From positions 1-61,823 of the forward strand of contig CANSRG010000002.1 of the NCBI GenBank assembly GCA_947649355.1: DNA of 61,823 nucleotides, written 5' to 3'. The position numbers were made by a program, and so were the translations under genes. The DNA is from an uncultured Mycoplasmatota bacterium (GTDB lineage Bacteria > Bacillota_I > Bacilli_A > RF39 > UBA660). Position 1 is the stretch's first letter, and each line of letters begins with the position of its first letter. Below the pieces are notes generated by a model. It saw nothing but the letters and a program-made list of their open reading frames with translations. It did not search any database and had not been told where the DNA came from. This document shows, in pieces, positions 57,502 to 61,823 of the stretch.

Positions 57502-58281
57502 TTGAACTTTAAAATAGGTGATTTAGTAAGCAGAATTTCTTATAATCATGATATTGTTTTTAAAATTACTAGAATTGTAGATAATAAAGTTTTTTTAAAA
57601 GGGCTTGATTTTAGACTTTATGCAGATGCTAATATAGATGATATTGTAAGTGTTAGTAACTTTTCTCATAGTGATGAGGACATAATTCAAAAAAATGTAA
57701 GAGATATAAAAATAGATAGAAGTAACTATTTTTATTTACCTGGACGTGTACTTCATATTGATGGTGATAGTGAATATTTAGATAGATGTATGAAATTTTA
57801 TGATAGTATGGGAATTCAAGCTAATGGCATTTCATTAGCAGAAGCTGTTATATCTTCTAAAATTTTTGATTTAGTTAAGGAGTATCGTCCTGATATTGTT
57901 GTAATTACTGGACATGATGCATATTTTTCGAAAAAAAATGATAAAAAAGATATAAATAATTATGAAAATACAGGAAACTTTATTTCGGCTATTAAAGAAG
58001 CACGAAAATTTGAAAAAAGTCAAGATAAATTAATTATAATTGCTGGAGCGTGTCAATCAAATTATGAGGAATTAATTAAAGCTGGAGCTAATTTTGCTTC
58101 TAGTCCAAAAAGAATTAATATACATGCTCTTGATCCTGCGATTATTGCATCTTCTATTGCTTTTGCAGATAAAAATCAAAGTATAGATTTAATAAGTATG
58201 ATTGATAAGACAAAATATGGTAGTGAAGGAATGGGTGGAATTATTACTAATGGAACTATGTATGTGGGGTATCCTAGATGA
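57502..58281 (+). CDS. yabG: sporulation-specific protease YabG (intact)
   Basis: 259 aa, TTG start after AGGGAG. Matches B. subtilis YabG by eye: IGD.V.R.SY..D..F.I, YF.[LM]PG[RK]VLH[IL]DGD.EYL, YRPDI[VL]VITGHDAY, GACQS.[YF]E.LI.AGANFASSP.R[IV]NIHALDP. Confidence 0.9.
   Translation: MNFKIGDLVSRISYNHDIVFKITRIVDNKVFLKGLDFRLYADANIDDIVSVSNFSHSDEDIIQKNVRDIKIDRSNYFYLPGRVLHIDGDSEYLDRCMKFYDSMGIQANGISLAEAVISSKIFDLVKEYRPDIVVITGHDAYFSKKNDKKDINNYENTGNFISAIKEARKFEKSQDKLIIIAGACQSNYEELIKAGANFASSPKRINIHALDPAIIASSIAFADKNQSIDLISMIDKTKYGSEGMGGIITNGTMYVGYPR
57754..57767. repeat. right junction core (candidate attR crossover region)
   Basis: CATATTGATG then gTGA inside yabG codons for H-I-D-G-D. Partner of 43020-43033. 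Confidence 0.55.
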
Positions 58282-58490
58282 ATATAGATATTGCAAAAAA
58301 GATAGTTGAAGAAAATTTGTTTGTTAATCATAAATTCTTGTATAAAGGTAATAGGAATCAAAATGAAGAGTTTTCTGGTAAAATTAGTAAGATGTTTCCA
58401 GCAATTTTTATAATAGAATTAGATAATTCTATTATAAAAGCTTTTAGTTACAATGATTTATTAATAGGAAATATTAAAATTTTATCTTAA
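58278..58490 (+). CDS. veg: Veg-family small protein
   Basis: 70 aa. ...G.I...[FY]P.[IV]F[IV]I[EQ]LD......SY.Y.D[IL]L pattern as in B. subtilis Veg. The ATG overlaps the yabG stop (ATGA). yabG-veg synteny. Confidence 0.75.
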   Translation: MNIDIAKKIVEENLFVNHKFLYKGNRNQNEEFSGKISKMFPAIFIIELDNSIIKAFSYNDLLIGNIKILS

Positions 58491-58574
58491 AGATGAAAAA
58501 TATTGATTTTTCAGAAATAGTATTATAAAATTATTTTATAAAGTGGTTACGCTTTAAGAGGGAGGAAATCAGTT

Positions 58575-58853
58575 ATGAAAATTACATCTGTAAATGTACG
58601 TAAAATCGAAAAGGAAGGTTCTCGTATGAAGGGAATTGCATCTGTATTATTAGATGACAGTTTTGCAGTACATGATATTCGAATCATTGAAGGAGATAAC
58701 GGACTGTTTATAGCAATGCCTAGTAGAAAAACTACTACTGGTGGATATCGTGATATTGCTCATCCAATTAATCCAGAAGTACGTTCTATGTTTGAAGATG
58801 CTATCATAGAAGCTTATAATAATGCTGAAGATGAAGTAAGCGAAGAAGAGTAA
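58575..58853 (+). CDS. spoVG: septation/sporulation regulator SpoVG
   Basis: 92 aa. [11 protein letters not shown]......KGIASV.LDD.F.VHDIR[IV]IEG..GLF[IV]AMPSRK...G.[YF]RDIAHPIN...R is the highly conserved SpoVG signature. Confidence 0.95.
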   Translation: MKITSVNVRKIEKEGSRMKGIASVLLDDSFAVHDIRIIEGDNGLFIAMPSRKTTTGGYRDIAHPINPEVRSMFEDAIIEAYNNAEDEVSEEE

Positions 58854-58875
58854 GATGCATAAGCATCTTTTTTTG
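58852..58875 (+). terminator. rho-independent terminator after spoVG
   Basis: AAGATGC-ataa-GCATCTT hairpin overlapping the stop codon, followed by a T-run. Confidence 0.7.
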
Positions 58876-58920
58876 TTCTAAAGAAGAAGTCTTTATCATA
58901 TTATTTTTTAGGAGGACAAT

Positions 58921-59214
58921 ATGGATAAAGATACAGTTGGAATTAATAATTATAATCATAGTTTAAGTTTACTTGAGAGAAAGACTTTAGTTATAACAGG
59001 TGTTAAAAAAATAGAAAATTTTGATAACTTGCATTTTATTTTAGAAACAACAATGGGGTTTATGGTTATTAAAGGAGAAGAGTTAGAATTAATAAAACTA
59101 GATACTTTGGCTGGTAATGTATCAATAAAAGGAACAATTAATTCAGTTGAATATGTAATGGAAAATAATAAAAAAAATAAAGAAGAAAGTGTTTTAGCAA
59201 GGTTATTTAAATAG
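58921..59214 (+). CDS. yabP: sporulation protein YabP
   Basis: 97 aa. L..R..L.[IV]TGV..[IV]..FD...[FI].LET..G.[LM].[IV]KGE.L.[IL]..L pattern. Followed immediately by a yabQ-like gene and divIC, as in Bacillus. Confidence 0.85.
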   Translation: MDKDTVGINNYNHSLSLLERKTLVITGVKKIENFDNLHFILETTMGFMVIKGEELELIKLDTLAGNVSIKGTINSVEYVMENNKKNKEESVLARLFK

Positions 59215-59478
59215 ATGGAATTGAAAGTCCAATTATTAAGTTTGTTTGTTTCTTTTTTATTTGGTATTTTCCTTTTTTTTATGATTAAACTGAATTATAA
59301 ATATTTATTTTCTAAATCTAGTAAAAAGAAAATTATTTTTAGTTTTATATTTTGTTTCGACTTATCTCTACTTTATTTCTTGATATTATATTACCTGAAT
59401 AATGGAACTTTACATTTATATTTTTTACTTTCTATTATATTTGGATTTTTAATTACATATAATTTTTCTAAAAAATAA
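59215..59478 (+). CDS. yabQ: spore cortex biosynthesis membrane protein YabQ
   Basis: 87 aa, three hydrophobic segments. Starts directly after the yabP stop. Confidence 0.75.
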   Translation: MELKVQLLSLFVSFLFGIFLFFMIKLNYKYLFSKSSKKKIIFSFIFCFDLSLLYFLILYYLNNGTLHLYFLLSIIFGFLITYNFSKK

Positions 59479-59564
59479 TGTAAAAACATGTAAATTTATT
59501 TGTTTTGTTGTTTATTAGTATTTCTTGCGTTGTATAATATATGTTGAAAAGGTAGGTAAGTGAT

Positions 59565-59864
59565 ATGGTTAAGAAGAATGGTAAGGCTAAAACTAGAAGA
59601 AGATTGTTTATTTTAGGTTTTGCTTCTATTATTACAATTATTGCTATGTCATTTACTATTGGTAAATATTGGGTAGAAATATTTGAAAAATATAAGGAAA
59701 AAAATTTACTTGATAAAGAATTAACTAATTTAAAAGAGAAAGAGGAAGAATTAAAAGTTGATGCTAATAAATTACAGAATCCAGATTATATAGCTAGATA
59801 TGCTAGAGAAAAATATCTATATTCTAAAGATGGTGAATTTATTTTACAAATTCCTGAAGAATAA
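59565..59864 (+). CDS. divIC: septum formation initiator (DivIC/FtsB family)
   Basis: 99 aa. Basic N-terminus, single TM, coiled coil (LTNLKEKEEELKVDANKLQN) and PDYIARYAREKY motif. Confidence 0.85.
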   Translation: MVKKNGKAKTRRRLFILGFASIITIIAMSFTIGKYWVEIFEKYKEKNLLDKELTNLKEKEEELKVDANKLQNPDYIARYAREKYLYSKDGEFILQIPEE

Positions 59865-59929
59865 TATGATATTTTCTTTTTTTCTTTTAAATTGTGTTAT
59901 AATTATTTTAACTAGATGGAGGAATTTAG

Positions 59930-61243
59930 ATGCAGAAAATTGATGATATTTTTGAATTTAGGCAAAATGATAGAATAGTTATTGGGTGTTCTTCAGGACC
60001 TGATTCAATGGCTCTTGTTGATATGCTTTTAAAAATAAGAGATAAATATAATTTGTTTTTAGTAATTGCTCATGTTAATCATAATGTTCGTAAAGAAAGT
60101 TATGAAGAAGCAGAATTTTTAAAAGACTATTGCTTTATGAACAAATTACTTTTTGAAAGTATGATTATAGAAGAGTATGGAGATGATAATTTTCATAATG
60201 AAGCAAGAAATATTAGATATAATTTTTTTGAAAATTTAGTTCATAAATATGATGCAAATTACTTAATGACTGCTCATCATGGTGATGATTTAATAGAAAC
60301 AGTAATGATGAGAATTGTTAGAGGATCTAATTTAAATGGTTATGCTGGATTTAGAAATATAGTAGATATGGATGGTTATAAAATAGTAAGACCACTTATT
60401 AACTATACAAAAAAAGAATTAGAAGAATATGATCAAGAAAATGAAGTAAAATATTATATAGATAGTTCTAATGATAAAGATAAATATACAAGAAATAGGT
60501 ATCGTAAATATCTTTTACCATTTTTAAAACAAGAAGAAAGTGATGTTCATTTAAAATTTTTAAAGTTTAGTAATTTTTTGAATGATGCAAGTAAATTTAT
60601 TGAAAAAGTTAGAGATAAAACAATAAAAAAAGTAATGGAAGATGAAAAAATACTGATTGATAGGTTTTTAGAAGAAGATCAGTTTATTCAAAAAGAAATA
60701 CTTTATTATTTACTTAGTGAGTTTTATCAAGACGATTTGATATTAGTTGGAGATAAACATATAGATATAATTTTAGATTTGATAAATAGTAGAAAAAGTA
60801 ATTCATTTATTAATTTACCAAATGATGTTATAGGTAAAAAGAATTATAATTATTTCGTTTTATCTAGACAAACAAAGATTATTTCTAGTTATGAAATTGA
60901 ATTTGATAACTATGTTTTATTACCGAATAATCATTATATTGAAAAAATAAGTGATATTAGTGATAACAGTAATAATATCTGTAGACTTGATAGTAATGAT
61001 ATAACACTTCCACTCATAGTTAGAAGTAGAAGAATGGGAGATAAAATAAAAGTTAAAGGGTTAAATGGTACTAAAAAGGTAAAAGATATCTTTATTGATA
61101 AGAAAATGTCTCTTGCTAATAGAGATATTTGGCCCATAGTTTTAGATTCAAAGGGAGAAGTAGTTTGGATTCCGGGAATAAAAAAATCTAAATTTGATAA
61201 GAAAAAAACAGAAAAATATGATATAATATTAAAATACAATTAA
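59930..61243 (+). CDS. tilS: tRNA(Ile)-lysidine synthetase
   Basis: 437 aa. PP-loop VIGCSSGPDSMAL, HVNH, AHHGDD, and the C-terminal TilS substrate domain (RRMGDKIK..G...KVKDIFID). Confidence 0.92.
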   Translation: MQKIDDIFEFRQNDRIVIGCSSGPDSMALVDMLLKIRDKYNLFLVIAHVNHNVRKESYEEAEFLKDYCFMNKLLFESMIIEEYGDDNFHNEARNIRYNFFENLVHKYDANYLMTAHHGDDLIETVMMRIVRGSNLNGYAGFRNIVDMDGYKIVRPLINYTKKELEEYDQENEVKYYIDSSNDKDKYTRNRYRKYLLPFLKQEESDVHLKFLKFSNFLNDASKFIEKVRDKTIKKVMEDEKILIDRFLEEDQFIQKEILYYLLSEFYQDDLILVGDKHIDIILDLINSRKSNSFINLPNDVIGKKNYNYFVLSRQTKIISSYEIEFDNYVLLPNNHYIEKISDISDNSNNICRLDSNDITLPLIVRSRRMGDKIKVKGLNGTKKVKDIFIDKKMSLANRDIWPIVLDSKGEVVWIPGIKKSKFDKKKTEKYDIILKYN

Positions 61244-61255
61244 GGAGGCAAATAT

Positions 61256-61823
61256 ATGAATAATAATTTAAATAAAAAAACAATTAAAAAGGGTTTTTTA
61301 CCATATTTATTTTTATTTGTTATAATGCTAGGAGTTTTTTATACTTTTAATGTTTTTAACAGAAATATTCATGAATTAACTTATAATGAATTTATTTCAA
61401 AGATAGATAATGGTAAAGTTACAGAATTAAATTTAGTAGCTAGGGGTAGTGGATATGTTTATGAAGTATCTGGTTCATTAAAAGGATATGAGGAAAATGA
61501 ATCTTTTGAAGCTTTGCTTCCATTAAGTGAAGAAGTAATTAAAAAAATTGTTGATGCGAGTGAAGATCAAGAATTTAAATTAAATGTTTCACCTGATCCT
61601 GAATCATCATCATTATTATTAATAGTTGTTAATGTTTTACCAATTGTTTTACTTGTTGCTGTTGCATTTTGGTTTTTTAATAAACAACTTGCTGGAAATA
61701 AAAGTTCTATGGATTTTGGAAAAAGTAGGGCTCGTTTAAATCCTGATAATAATAAAATTACTTTTAAAGATGTAGCAGGTTTAAAAGAAGAAAAAGAAGA
61801 AGTTAAGGAATTAATTGATTTCT
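61256..61823 (+). CDS. ftsH: ATP-dependent zinc metalloprotease FtsH (5' part, truncated by the window end)
   Basis: ATG 61256 after AAGGAGG. Two TM segments flank a periplasmic-type domain. Ends in FKDVAGLKEEKEEVKELIDF, the entry to the AAA module. Follows tilS. Confidence 0.9.
   Translation, partial: MNNNLNKKTIKKGFLPYLFLFVIMLGVFYTFNVFNRNIHELTYNEFISKIDNGKVTELNLVARGSGYVYEVSGSLKGYEENESFEALLPLSEEVIKKIVDASEDQEFKLNVSPDPESSSLLLIVVNVLPIVLLVAVAFWFFNKQLAGNKSSMDFGKSRARLNPDNNKITFKDVAGLKEEKEEVKELIDF

Larger units (their letters stand above)
43030..57763 (+). mobile_element. ~14.7-kb serine-recombinase cargo island associated with yabG
   Basis: Contains only two large serine recombinase genes and one giant surface-protein gene. 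Bracketed by diverged direct copies of the yabG promoter/5' region (42729-43029 and 57453-57763). Boundaries assume crossover at the CATATTGATG core. The alternative boundary pair is the shared TAGTCTA at 42729-42735 / 57453-57459. Confidence 0.6.

Noticed and set aside
43030-57763. The island considered as a prophage or an integrative conjugative element.
   Set aside because: Apart from the two recombinases, it has no capsid, tail, terminase, lysis, relaxase, coupling-protein or replication genes. Three ORFs account for almost the whole element.

Overview
This window is the first ~62 kb clockwise of oriC in a very AT-rich, endospore-forming Firmicute. It uses the standard genetic code (TGA is a stop). 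Every credible gene is on the + strand, co-oriented with replication. The backbone is a compacted Bacillus-like origin region: DnaA-box clusters, dnaA, dnaN, a ComK-family gene, recF, gyrB, gyrA, a gene-free spacer, a mini SRP RNA, tadA, dnaX, ybaB, recR, bofA, holB, yaaT/ricT, an N6-methyltransferase, pth, mfd, spoVT and a Met T-box plus metG. It continues with tatD, a 3D-domain protein, rsmA (ksgA), yabG, veg, spoVG, yabP, yabQ, divIC, tilS and the 5' end of ftsH. I recognised no rRNA, tRNA, CRISPR array or IS element. Three regions are not backbone. (1) 9.32-10.26 kb holds six perfect parS palindromes, five of them abutted by co-oriented DnaA-box 9-mers. (2) 22.1-40.5 kb is an 18.4-kb island between metG and tatD. 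It carries an orphan HerA/FtsK-type ATPase and a stripped-down type VIIb-like secretion locus: a Zn-ribbon membrane protein, YukD/EsaB and EssC, with no EsaA/EssA/EssB. It also carries WXG100-like small proteins and a 2784-aa substrate-like protein combining transglutaminase/papain-like, HEXXH, R-STT-QxE ADP-ribosyltransferase and HD modules. (3) 43.0-57.8 kb is a ~14.7-kb island made only of two tandem large serine recombinases and one 3484-aa gene for a cohesin + dockerin + ZmpB/M26-like surface protease. It is bracketed by two diverged ~0.3-kb copies of the yabG promoter and 5' coding region, leaving a truncated yabG fragment on the left and an intact yabG on the right. All motifs and coordinates were read by eye from the sequence and ORF track. 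No database search or computation was run.
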